Shown here piece by piece: positions 8,365-16,860 of a DNA stretch of 64,000 bases (positions within the stretch are counted from its first letter, which is position 1; each line of letters begins with the position of its first letter). The stretch lies in IMG/VR virus record IMGVR_UViG_3300027858_000005, positions 3-64,002 of that record; one strand, written 5' to 3'. This stretch comes from a virus. The position numbers and the translations under genes are program-made. A model generated the notes under the pieces. It was not told where the DNA came from. It did not search any database and saw only the letters and a program-made list of their open reading frames with translations.

Positions 8365-8986
8365 TTTTCCCTTTCTTGAAGTGGTTCAGTGCTGATGTTT
8401 CGCACAAGTTTATCACAGTTATTCCAAGGTCGCTTTCATCAATCGTTTCGAACTGTTTGATCAGCCCGGTGAATTCACCGTTCGGGCCGGTTCGTGGGTT
8501 GTGATACAAACTGCGCGGGTACTCGCCGAAGTAATGCCGCTTTTCCCCGGGCGGGTATGCCATGTCGTACCCCAATAAATAGAATTCTCGAATTCCTGCA
8601 TGATACGCGATTCCAAGTATCTGATAGCCGCTTGCGTGTCCGAAGTGGATAAACGCGGGGTCTTTGGACAGACTGTCACCCCAACGACCTTCGATATAGT
8701 TAAGGTTTTTGATTTCACCTGACCGCCAGATATAAGTTGGTTTGTGCCACGTCCACTTTTCAAAAGGCGCGTCGCGAATGCGCGGGTCTTGTGCGTATTC
8801 GTCCCACCATTCCGGGTTGCACGCCATGAAGTAGTCAAGCGACGGCACGCGCTGATAAACGTTGTTGATACCGAACAAAGGAACGCCCAGCCGTTGCCAG
8901 TTAAGCGCCCATTCAATTTGATCATCTGACAAAGACGGGCCAGTCCCGATAATAATTCCTTTAGTCTGTGGCGTTCGCGATTGCAT
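8351..8986 (-). CDS. Maf/DUF115 (MptE-like) glycosyltransferase-like protein
   Basis: IIIGTGPSL, FGINN, ASGYQILGIAYHAGIREFYLLGYDM. Confidence 0.75.
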   Translation of the reverse strand: MQSRTPQTKGIIIGTGPSLSDDQIEWALNWQRLGVPLFGINNVYQRVPSLDYFMACNPEWWDEYAQDPRIRDAPFEKWTWHKPTYIWRSGEIKNLNYIEGRWGDSLSKDPAFIHFGHASGYQILGIAYHAGIREFYLLGYDMAYPPGEKRHYFGEYPRSLYHNPRTGPNGEFTGLIKQFETIDESDLGITVINLCETSALNHFKKGKIDDY

Positions 8987-9691
8987 CTTCAAGACTCATT
9001 TGCGGGAAACATTTTAACCGGGTCGGCGACGTTGCGTTGATGACCTGCATACCCGGGGGAACTTTGATCTTGTCAAACTGCGCCGCGAAAGAATGATACG
9101 ACGTGTTGCGTGAAAGCCCTTTCGGGTGATCGCCGAAGAAATGCAGCTTCGGTTTTTTGTTGTCACCAACAGCCATCATGTTGAACCCAACTAGCACCAT
9201 ATATCTGATTCCCAGCAGGTAGGCGATGTTCGTGATTTGGTATCCTGAATTTGAACCGTAATGAATTTTCGATTGGTCGCGGGACCATCCGGCCCCGCCG
9301 TTCCCAGCAATCCGATACAAGTCAGGGTAAGTTTTTTTCGTCCCGCTTTCAGTACACCAGAACCCATTACGACTTCCGTTCCATTCCTTGACTTTATCGT
9401 AATGAATTTTCCACCAGCGGTTGTCGCACGCATAGTGGAAATCCAGATAAGGGCAGATTCTATAGCAATCCGAGATTCCGATATATTTCCACCCGCTTTC
9501 CGAATAAATTCGATCAATAACTTCTTGTGTGAGGCTTGGACCCGTAGCCATGACAAACGCTTTTTCTCCTTCAAAGATTCTGGGGATGGGGCTGCATCCA
9601 GCGTCGATTTTTGTGTTTCTATGCCCTTTAATCGGGCGCGCTCGCGCCCTACCGGGGGGAAGTGACGTGGTTTTTTTGGGGTGTCTTCCAT
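8961..9691 (-). CDS. Second Maf/DUF115-like glycosyltransferase; the coupled ATG (9691) is out of frame with the domain
   Basis: VMATGPSL, IGISD, NSGYQITNIAYLLGIRYMVLVGFNM, VINAT; needs a -1 shift in the CCCCAAAAAAA or CCCCCC tracts. Confidence 0.7.
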
Positions 9692-9694
9692 TTT

Positions 9695-11692
9695 CTATTT
9701 GGCTTCGCCCCAGTTGTCCCCGTGATTGCTGTCGCACGTTAACGGCAGGTTTAGCAGGACGCAGTTTTCCATTATCCGTTTCGCTTCGTCGTGGGCTTGG
9801 TGTGCTTCCGTCGTTTTGGGCACCGACCAGTTTAGTTCGTCGTGTACGGTGAGAAGCGGAGCCCCTAATGTGTCGATTATACCAGCCGTTTCCCATATAT
9901 CCACCATTGCAATTTTCATAATGTCCGCCGCTGAACCTTGCAGTAAAGCGTTCAGGGCTTTATGTGTGTTAGCGACTTCGTATTCGTCGCCGTACTTTTC
10001 CCGGGCGACGGTTTCATTGAACGCGCCTTCTGCTTTCGCTATTTTACGATTGACTGATTGGTAACGATCCCAGCGCCGACGCCGCCCCTGATATGTTCGA
10101 ATCCATTTCCGGTTTTTCGCGCGCCTGTCGCATTCGTCATACAGCGATTTGATGAATGGTAACCTACTATGGTATTGCAAGAAAAGCGGTTTTACATCTT
10201 CCAGCGAACGTCCCAGATTTGCCGCCATCGTGGGTTCACCCATACCGTACACCAAGCCGAAGTTAATGTTCTTTGCGGGCTTGCGGTCAATCCCTGTCAG
10301 TTCTGAAACGAATTTGTGAAAGTCTGTCGTTGGATCGTCGCGAAACTGTCGGCAAATAACGTCGGCGGCGCTTCCCGGGTCGCGCTTCCCGTATTGCTCG
10401 AACGCATAATGCACCAGCATTCGAAATTCGATTTGTGACCAATCGTCCGAATACCAGTCTTCACCTTCGTCGGGTATGAACAGCGACCGGATACGCGGCC
10501 CGAGTTCTTCATCGCGTGCCGGGATGTTCTGAAGGTTAGGATTACTGGAACTGAAGCGCCCTGATACCGCCCCGTAGGCGTCGTTTTTAAGTTGGTGAAA
10601 CTGGGTGTGAATGCGCCCGTTGATCTCATTGCCCAGTATAGCGCCCTTGATGAACGTTCCTGAATGCTTGTCCAGCTTGCGCAGTTGGTGAACGTCGCGC
10701 AATATTTGTTCTGGGTGTTCTTCCAGAAAATCAGCCGTGAATGAAGGCTTTTTCGTGGGCGTCAGATTGAAGCTGACAGCGTGCTTGTGACACCATGCCG
10801 CAATCGATTCAGCGCCCCACACGTCGATTCCAGCGGCGGTAACCTTCTTTCTGATGCCGTCGGCCACGGTCATCAATTCGTCGTCAAGGGCGTGCGCTGC
10901 GGGCTTGTCAACGGCAACACCGCGTCGGCGCATGGCTAGCATCATCGGCAGCAACCGCGTTTCAATGTCCCAAACACGCCCTAGTTCTTGATCTGCGATG
11001 ATTTCTCGTTGCTTAGCTAAGATGTCCCGGGGCTGTTCAACGTCGCCCATCGCGTATTCTGCGACCACTTCCGGCGGTGCCCGGTATATGTTCTTCGCCT
11101 GACCCGCCCGGGTAGGCTTTCCACCATACGCAGCGGCTAGCCACGCGTAAAGCTGTTCCTCGCGCTTGCCTTCACCCAGATACTTTCGCGCACAACCGCC
11201 CAGTGAGAACGTGAAGGCGTTTTCGTCAATCAGGGGTTCAGCAATCAGGATATCGTAATACGGTCCCGGGACTTCAACCCCGGCTTCCCACAAGTAATCC
11301 AGATCGTACAACAAGTTCGCGCCGATCTTCGCAACGCCCGGGCGGCACAGTTCATGCTTTGCCCAGTTAAGAACATTCTTCCGGGGCAGGTTGTATCCGC
11401 TGGGGTCGTATTTGTCGGGGTGGTCGTGTTGCATAGGGAAATACCAAGAACGGTCTTCAGTAGCGACAGAAATTCCGACCATGAACCCATCGCGTCGAAC
11501 GCCCGGGCCTTTTTCTTTCAAGTCGGGGTCGTAGGTTTCGACATCGATGACCAGTTCTTTTGCGCTATCAAGACGTGGGAATTCTGTTGGCTTCCATATC
11601 ACGTTGTCCGGTATCTTCGGCATGACGCGCGGACCTTTGCGCTTCCCTGCTGGCGCGTCCCACAATAGCCCGGAATTTTTCGGGTAGCTCAT
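9695..11692 (-). CDS. polA: Family A DNA polymerase with 3'-5' exonuclease
   Basis: DVETYD exo I, GRFSSSNPNLQNIP, DWSQIEFR (motif A), KNINFGLVYG (motif B, Phe at the 762-equivalent position), TVHDEL (motif C). Confidence 0.97.
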   Translation of the reverse strand: MSYPKNSGLLWDAPAGKRKGPRVMPKIPDNVIWKPTEFPRLDSAKELVIDVETYDPDLKEKGPGVRRDGFMVGISVATEDRSWYFPMQHDHPDKYDPSGYNLPRKNVLNWAKHELCRPGVAKIGANLLYDLDYLWEAGVEVPGPYYDILIAEPLIDENAFTFSLGGCARKYLGEGKREEQLYAWLAAAYGGKPTRAGQAKNIYRAPPEVVAEYAMGDVEQPRDILAKQREIIADQELGRVWDIETRLLPMMLAMRRRGVAVDKPAAHALDDELMTVADGIRKKVTAAGIDVWGAESIAAWCHKHAVSFNLTPTKKPSFTADFLEEHPEQILRDVHQLRKLDKHSGTFIKGAILGNEINGRIHTQFHQLKNDAYGAVSGRFSSSNPNLQNIPARDEELGPRIRSLFIPDEGEDWYSDDWSQIEFRMLVHYAFEQYGKRDPGSAADVICRQFRDDPTTDFHKFVSELTGIDRKPAKNINFGLVYGMGEPTMAANLGRSLEDVKPLFLQYHSRLPFIKSLYDECDRRAKNRKWIRTYQGRRRRWDRYQSVNRKIAKAEGAFNETVAREKYGDEYEVANTHKALNALLQGSAADIMKIAMVDIWETAGIIDTLGAPLLTVHDELNWSVPKTTEAHQAHDEAKRIMENCVLLNLPLTCDSNHGDNWGEAK

Positions 11693-11937
11693 TGGTTAGC
11701 GTACTTTAGCAAAACGTCACCGTGACAAGCTTTCGGCGTGCACCAGCAACCAAGAACTTTTCCTTCTAATTCATGTAAATCAGAAAACAAAGTTGGATGA
11801 CTTAAAAGCCAACGTTCAAATTTATCAATTACTTCGGCCCGTGTTCCATCGCGGCCAATCGTGAAAGGATTGCCCCATTTAGACGGACGACCAATATAGA
11901 CGTCGAACGGTTCGCGCTTGCAATGAACAACCTTCAT
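11689..11937 (-). CDS. DUF4326-like protein
   Basis: VVHCK...DVYIGRPSKWGNPF...LGCWC.P..CHGDVL; ATG at 11937. Confidence 0.85.
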   Translation of the reverse strand: MKVVHCKREPFDVYIGRPSKWGNPFTIGRDGTRAEVIDKFERWLLSHPTLFSDLHELEGKVLGCWCTPKACHGDVLLKYANQ

Positions 11938-12902
11938 GCCCGCACGCCCATCGTTACACCTTGCACGCCGTCGCCGCTGAAAGGAATCGGTTTCGGGTAC
12001 TGGCTCAAATCCATGCAGTCGGCAATGCTTAATATCTTGATGATCGGCTCCGCGAAAAAGTGCGCCGGTTCGTCGACGTCGAATTTCATTTCGATTTCCG
12101 CTTCGCTTTCCCCGGTCATAGTTGTTACCGCGCCCGGTTTGAAACAGATGACCGGCACGCGTCCAGTGCTGGGCGTGAATGGTAATAAATCCTTTACCGC
12201 TTGTTGCGCGCCTTCCGGCAGCTTCGGCAAGTCCCAATCGTAATTGAAAAACTTTCCAATGTCCGGCCAGTCCGCTTGATACTTTTTAAACTCTATCCAG
12301 TAGTCACCGAATTCAATGCCCCCCGCGTTTTCTCGGTCGTGCAGTGCGGTAATTTCGTGCGGGGTGCGCAGGATTAAATCAACTGCGAAGTCAGGCAAAA
12401 TAAAATTGTTATTCCATGACGTTTCCCACTGCACCCGAACCAGCGTTACGTTGTTCGTCGCGTACAACCAACCGTCGCTATACATGATCGTTCGCGCAAA
12501 CAGTTTTCCGATGTCAGCGTCGACGCCCATGAACGGTTTCAACTTGCGCAGGGGTTCTTTGATTGAGTCGTCGAGCGGTTCCCAGATTTGCGGCTTCTCG
12601 CACAACGGATATGGGTCGGTAGAAATCGCCATCTTCGCACGCATCCGCCCGCCCTTCACAATCAGGTTCCCATCTTTCGATTCGAATTTCGGGTTCTTGA
12701 TTTTCTGCAAAGCTGCAACGAATTTGTCAGCCGGTAGATTGACCGGGTTGCCTTCGCGCGGCCACGGTCCATCGAAGTTCATTGTTCCGTCAGTTGCTTG
12801 AACCCGGTTGTCGTAAAAGTGAAGATTCGACATTACCGGGACGGTTGCCTTTTTGTCAATCACGCTGGCGACCAGCTTGGCAACTTCAAAATCGGACATC
12901 AC
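11934..12902 (-). CDS. DNA polymerase III beta-clamp-like protein
   Basis: IDKKATVPVMSNL...VQATDG N-terminus, second-domain LYATN, ~320 aa. Confidence 0.7.
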   Translation of the reverse strand: MMSDFEVAKLVASVIDKKATVPVMSNLHFYDNRVQATDGTMNFDGPWPREGNPVNLPADKFVAALQKIKNPKFESKDGNLIVKGGRMRAKMAISTDPYPLCEKPQIWEPLDDSIKEPLRKLKPFMGVDADIGKLFARTIMYSDGWLYATNNVTLVRVQWETSWNNNFILPDFAVDLILRTPHEITALHDRENAGGIEFGDYWIEFKKYQADWPDIGKFFNYDWDLPKLPEGAQQAVKDLLPFTPSTGRVPVICFKPGAVTTMTGESEAEIEMKFDVDEPAHFFAEPIIKILSIADCMDLSQYPKPIPFSGDGVQGVTMGVRA

Positions 12903-13656
12903 AAAGCCTTGGACCGCGACGCGGGTTTAGTTGATCCCAGAACAAACCGCATTCGATATCAGTGAAATGATACTGACACATCGCAAGATACGACAACAAT
13001 TTTTCCCGGGGCGGTTCCAGCTTGACATTGCAACCCGGGGCGCAAACAGCCCAAACCGGGGAACCTTCGTCGAATGCGGCGGTCGGGTGCCCCAGAATTA
13101 AAGTTTCGATTGCGACCGTTGAATTCAACGTCACTGAAATTCCAGCCCGGGCGACGTCGGCGCGAAGGTTTCTGTCACCCGGCCATTTTCGAAAAATGAA
13201 ATTTTGATTGAACATCCGCTGCATGTCGTGATACCAATCGGGAAGCATTCGCCAGAATGTGCAACGACCCAGATCAGCTTGACCCATGATCAACGCGCGC
13301 GGGTCGGTGGTTCTTTTCCACGGCAGCAACGTCACCATTGATTGAACATCCGCGTCGATTGATTCGGGCACATCGTCAACGCAGAATTGACCGCGACCGT
13401 TGAAACCGTTCCAGCCGATTGTGACATTGTCGTTCACGTTGCCCAGAAACTTTCGGTTGACCTGCAAGAAATTATCGTAACCGCGTTCGCAGTTCTTCCA
13501 GTAGTTCGGCCCGAACAGAACATGTATGTCGCCGGGTACAATCCTGTCGGAACTGGTAAGTTCTGATTGTATGCCGTGCTTTGCAAATCCTTTCTTGAAA
13601 AATTCAAGGTAACGTTTTTGCCAAGCGATTCCGGTTGCGTGAATGACTGCTTTCAT
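12886..13656 (-). CDS. KpsS/KpsC-like (capsule biosynthesis) GT-B glycosyltransferase
   Basis: ALIMGQ, IFRKWP, VTLNSTVAIETLILGHP. Confidence 0.7.
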   Translation of the reverse strand: MKAVIHATGIAWQKRYLEFFKKGFAKHGIQSELTSSDRIVPGDIHVLFGPNYWKNCERGYDNFLQVNRKFLGNVNDNVTIGWNGFNGRGQFCVDDVPESIDADVQSMVTLLPWKRTTDPRALIMGQADLGRCTFWRMLPDWYHDMQRMFNQNFIFRKWPGDRNLRADVARAGISVTLNSTVAIETLILGHPTAAFDEGSPVWAVCAPGCNVKLEPPREKLLSYLAMCQYHFTDIECGLFWDQLNPRRGPRLCDVRF

Positions 13657-13949
13657 CGGGTCATCCGGTGTTCTTCAACGCCCTTCAACAAGGCTTCGTT
13701 CAATACTTGCATCCACGTTCGGCCCGCAGCTTCTTCGAACGGCATACCTTTTTCTTTGCATTCGGTTAGCCGGGTCATCTGAATATTCAGGCACGAAATT
13801 GCGCCCGCCAGAAACACCAGATACAATTCGTGATAGCGTTTCGAATCCATAATTTCTTCGCCGTACAATTCTTCATAGTATGTCGACCACGCTTCGTCGA
13901 AGTCCCGGTACTGTTTGCCGTCGATACCGGCAAAGGTCATTTTTAACAT
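13653..13949 (-). CDS. Hypothetical protein
   Basis: AAGGAG RBS, in operon. Confidence 0.7.
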   Translation of the reverse strand: MLKMTFAGIDGKQYRDFDEAWSTYYEELYGEEIMDSKRYHELYLVFLAGAISCLNIQMTRLTECKEKGMPFEEAAGRTWMQVLNEALLKGVEEHRMTR

Positions 13950-14029
13950 TTCGTCTGCTCCTTTATAACCAGAACATTACCACAGTTCCAGCACAAAACA
14001 AAATCGTGTGGTTAGTTTCCCGAGTACAA

Positions 14030-14106
14030 CGCGCAGCGGTTTCGAACCCGCTGGTTGTCGATGCCTGAACACCACAATTCAGAAACGTCTATCAGTCCGG
14101 TTCGCG
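14030..14106 (-). ncRNA. Degenerate tRNA-His(GUG)-like element
   Basis: Anticodon arm CTGAA-TTGTGGTG-TTCAG, T-like arm AGCGG-GTTCGAAA-CCGCT, weak D and acceptor stems, no CCA. Confidence 0.4.
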
Positions 14107-14140
14107 ACCCTCGCTGATAACAATAGTTCTCGTTTAAGAA

Positions 14141-14190
14141 GGTAGCGGCGGCGGGGACTCGAACCCCAGTGTCAACCGACTTTGACCGCC
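14141..14190 (-). ncRNA. Anticodon-less tRNA-like element
   Basis: GGCG-[GTCAA AGTCGG TTGAC]-[GGGG TTCGAGT CCCC]-CGCC. Confidence 0.45.
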
Positions 14191-14201
14191 TCATAAATTT
14201 T

Positions 14202-14288
14202 TGGTGGATGCCGAAGGATTCGAACCTTCTACGGTCTAGCCGCGTCCCGCTTTACAGGCGGGCGAACTTCCAGTCGTTCATCGCATCC
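14202..14288 (-). tRNA. trnY: tRNA-Tyr (GUA) with encoded CCA
   Basis: GGATGC/GCATCC acceptor (G7:G66 mismatch), GAAC/GTTC D stem, CCCGC-CTGTAAA-GCGGG anticodon arm, long variable arm, GAAGG-TTCGAAT-CCTTC T arm, ACCA end. Confidence 0.92.
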
Positions 14289-14325
14289 ACTGATCAAAAA
14301 ACTTCGTAAAGCGTTTTGATCAGTG
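14288..14325. repeat. 12-bp inverted repeat abutting the tRNA 5' end
   Basis: CACTGATCAAAA ... TTTTGATCAGTG. Confidence 0.7.
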
Positions 14326-14329
14326 CCCC

Positions 14330-14615
14330 GAAGGGTGACCGGATTCCAAAACCGTGAAACAGGAACAGTAGTGGTTGTCCTAACATTTTTTCGTCTTGCT
14401 TGACGTCGGCTATTGCATCCTGTACTGATTTTTCGCCCTTCTGTCTAGGTGTCATCCTGAACCTAGCTATTGATTTCTGGGTAGGTAGCCGACAGCCCTT
14501 CAATAGTAGGGGTGTCGGTTATAAGCGGCTTACCTGATTCGTGCGACCTTTCGGCCCGTTTCCGCTTAACCTTTTAAATTCACCATTTGCGTTTCTTGTA
14601 TCTCCTTTCTCTAAG
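14330..14615 (-). ncRNA. Candidate structured RNA or tRNA leader downstream of P5
   Basis: Nested helices AAGCGG/CCGCTT, GGCC-GAAA-GGTC, CCGACA/TGTCGG, CTAGGT/ACCTAG; no credible ORF. Confidence 0.45.
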
Positions 14616-14625
14616 TGATGTAAAG

Positions 14626-14653
14626 ATTATAACAGCACCCTACAAAAAGTCAA
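14626..14653 (-). promoter_or_regulatory. Repeated early promoter P5
   Basis: TTGACT-N16-TATAAT-CTTTACAT. Confidence 0.85.
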
Positions 14654-14693
14654 GGGTTTTTTTAATCTTTTTTAAACACCGCGTACGATGCTT

Positions 14694-14720
14694 AAAAAAA
14701 GTGCCCCGGTTTCCCGGGGC
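14694..14720 (-). terminator. Rho-independent terminator
   Basis: GCCCCGG/CCGGGGC stem followed by a U7 tract on the minus strand. Confidence 0.75.
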
Positions 14721-14728
14721 GGTTGATG

Positions 14729-15493
14729 CTATGCGGCTTCTGCGATTTTCAGTTCCAGCTTCGGAACTTCGCAAACGGTGTCAAGGTGACTGTGCAGCTT
14801 ACCCGACAAGTTCTGAATCCATTCAGGTGACGTACCCTTGTAAGATTCGGTGCAAGCGTTGAACAGCTTCCACACGTTGTCGTTTTTGAATTCTTCGTGG
14901 TCGGGCTGGTCCCACTGTTCAACAACCTTCGGAAGATTGCGAGTGTTCAAAGCACCTTGACGAAAAAGTTCAATGATCGTTGCTTCGGCTTCGTAGTTGT
15001 CGAAGTCACGATCTTTGTAAGCGATGTACCGGGTTGCCTGATGATCGTCAAGCTTTACAACTTGATCCATCGCGGCGGCGATACGAAGCGGTAAGTATTC
15101 GCGAACGTTTGTGGTGTGCTTGTGACCGACTACGATTTCACCAGAAAACGCGAGGTTGTCACAAACGAAGACACCAGAACCGACAGCAATCATCGCAGCG
15201 AATTCTTTTGCGTGACTGTTACGAAGACCGATTACCGTGCTGTAATCTTCGCGCAAGTTCTTACCAATCACTTCGAACATTCCGAAGTAGTTTTGACCAT
15301 TTTTAGTCAAACCGTGGGCTTCTGATAAAACCTTCAAGCCTCGATCTTCTAAACGGTCCTGAACCATGTCAACGAAATAATCGTGGTTGACTGGTTGAAA
15401 GCTGCGAGTCGAAGCCGGAAGTTCAACCTTTCCCAGTGCGGGACGGTCAACAGCGGCAGCGCCACAATGCAACATTAAGTTAAGATTTGACAT
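14729..15493 (-). CDS. DUF932-like protein
   Basis: LMLHCG, IGLRNSH, VGSGVFVCDNLAFSGE, KHT, WKLFNACTE. Confidence 0.85.
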   Translation of the reverse strand: MSNLNLMLHCGAAAVDRPALGKVELPASTRSFQPVNHDYFVDMVQDRLEDRGLKVLSEAHGLTKNGQNYFGMFEVIGKNLREDYSTVIGLRNSHAKEFAAMIAVGSGVFVCDNLAFSGEIVVGHKHTTNVREYLPLRIAAAMDQVVKLDDHQATRYIAYKDRDFDNYEAEATIIELFRQGALNTRNLPKVVEQWDQPDHEEFKNDNVWKLFNACTESYKGTSPEWIQNLSGKLHSHLDTVCEVPKLELKIAEAA

Positions 15494-15549
15494 ACAATTT
15501 TCTCCTTTCCAATTAAGTTAAAGTAGAACCAAAATTGATTCATGTAAAG

Positions 15550-15577
15550 ATTATAACAACTTTACCAGAATTGTCAA
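15550..15577 (-). promoter_or_regulatory. Repeated early promoter P6
   Basis: TTGACA-N16-TATAAT-CTTTACAT. Confidence 0.85.
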
Positions 15578-15597
15578 GCCTTAAATAAAATTAATTA

Positions 15598-16065
15598 TCA
15601 AGGTTCATACTTTGTTAGGTCGCCCGCTTTTTTCCATAGGGCTTCGTGATTTGCAACCCTGTATGAAATATGTTCGTACCCGCCACCAGCCCCATGCTGC
15701 ATAGAAAAAATAATTGACGCTGCGTCGCTAGTATTAATCCCGAAACCGGCAGTCGCATCAGCCGGTAATTTACCAATTGATTTTGAAAACCCGAAATCAA
15801 AAGTGCTTACAATGTGATCGTAGAAATCCTTGAAATCGAAGTACGGTTTCACTTCTACTAATAGAGCGTGGTAACCGTAGCATTCTGAATGACCACAAGA
15901 AAATTTAACCCTAAAGTCTGGCGTCCACCCCGGAAAATCAATCGGTTCATATTCCCATTCCCAACCAGCAAGATCGAAAAAAGCCGCCCAGCGTGCTTCC
16001 AATCTTGACCGGAAGACAACGTCGGCGTATTCGGTGGGGTGCGCTTTAAAAGTATATTCCATCAC
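15598..16065 (-). CDS. PD-(D/E)XK nuclease-like phage protein
   Basis: FRSRLEARWAAFFD..GW.WEYEP....WTPDF...LVEVKP. Confidence 0.75.
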   Translation of the reverse strand: MMEYTFKAHPTEYADVVFRSRLEARWAAFFDLAGWEWEYEPIDFPGWTPDFRVKFSCGHSECYGYHALLVEVKPYFDFKDFYDHIVSTFDFGFSKSIGKLPADATAGFGINTSDAASIIFSMQHGAGGGYEHISYRVANHEALWKKAGDLTKYEP

Positions 16066-16406
16066 TCACCCCCGCACTTGATCCGAAACATGCCTTTCAA
16101 TTCGTTCGGGCGCAGCGCCATGATCAATCGGGAAACGAACGGCGTCATGTTGTTACTGATTTTGTATTCGGTTCCGATTTCAGACAGCATTGAATCCCAT
16201 CGTATTTTTTCACGAATGCAATACGCACTGTAATATTCACGATGAACGCGTTGCTTCAGATAAAGCGCGGCTTTACCGAACGCGTTGACGATGTGCATGT
16301 TGTCGGGTAACCAAGCCAAAAACTCCCGGGTTTGCCGCTTCTTCAACCCTTCAAATATTTTGGGGTTGTCATCAATGCGTTGTTTCGCTTCTAAATATGT
16401 CGCCAT
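16062..16406 (-). CDS. Conserved phage hypothetical protein
   Basis: YSAYCIREKIRW...YKISNN...SRL motif. Confidence 0.7.
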   Translation of the reverse strand: MATYLEAKQRIDDNPKIFEGLKKRQTREFLAWLPDNMHIVNAFGKAALYLKQRVHREYYSAYCIREKIRWDSMLSEIGTEYKISNNMTPFVSRLIMALRPNELKGMFRIKCGGE

Positions 16407-16407
16407 T

Positions 16408-16860
16408 TCATAACCCCTTTCTTTCAGCGCGTCGTTTCATGTAACGGTCGACGATGTCTTCCGGCTTCATTGAAAAAACAACAACGGGTTCTTCGTTTTG
16501 AATTATTTCTTCAAGCGCCCCGTCCAGTTCGATTAACATTTCATCCCACGGTCCGTAATGACCATGTTCAGCAAGCATCCCCATCAGTGCAGACCAGTCA
16601 TACTTGACGATCTTCAACGGGTCGATGTTTCCAAGAACGTAATAAATCGGCGTCGCAATGGTGACATCGGCGTTCGTGTCGTGAACGATTGCCGGTGAAC
16701 TTTTTTCAAGCCACGCGTGCGGATGAACCAGCCCTTTCGCTTCACCGCTGCGCCCGGTCGGCGCACCATGACAAAGAACCCAGTTTTGATCACGTTCTTC
16801 GATCATTTTCTTCGCGGCGCTGTCGAAGCATGTGCCGTTGCGCTTTCTCATTTCATCCAC
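16408..16860 (-). CDS. Hypothetical protein with C...H...HAW motif
   Basis: CFDSA, LCHG, HPHAWLE. Confidence 0.65.
   Translation of the reverse strand: MDEMRKRNGTCFDSAAKKMIEERDQNWVLCHGAPTGRSGEAKGLVHPHAWLEKSSPAIVHDTNADVTIATPIYYVLGNIDPLKIVKYDWSALMGMLAEHGHYGPWDEMLIELDGALEEIIQNEEPVVVFSMKPEDIVDRYMKRRAERKGL

Noticed and set aside
9692-9896. Long N-terminal extension of the Maf-like ORF starting at 9896
   Set aside because: It lies entirely within the polA 3' end, has no RBS and gives a low-complexity basic translation
6923-13656. DNA hypermodification as the main role of the GT cluster
   Set aside because: Not excluded but disfavoured: no dUMP/dCMP hydroxymethylase, TET/JBP, preQ0/DpdA or PurZ genes were recognised to supply an acceptor base
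14560-14595. tmRNA tag-like frame (ANGEF...) or MVNLKG mini-ORF
   Set aside because: No tmRNA 5'/3' ends flank it, and the ATG is 15 nt from the SD; probably coincidence
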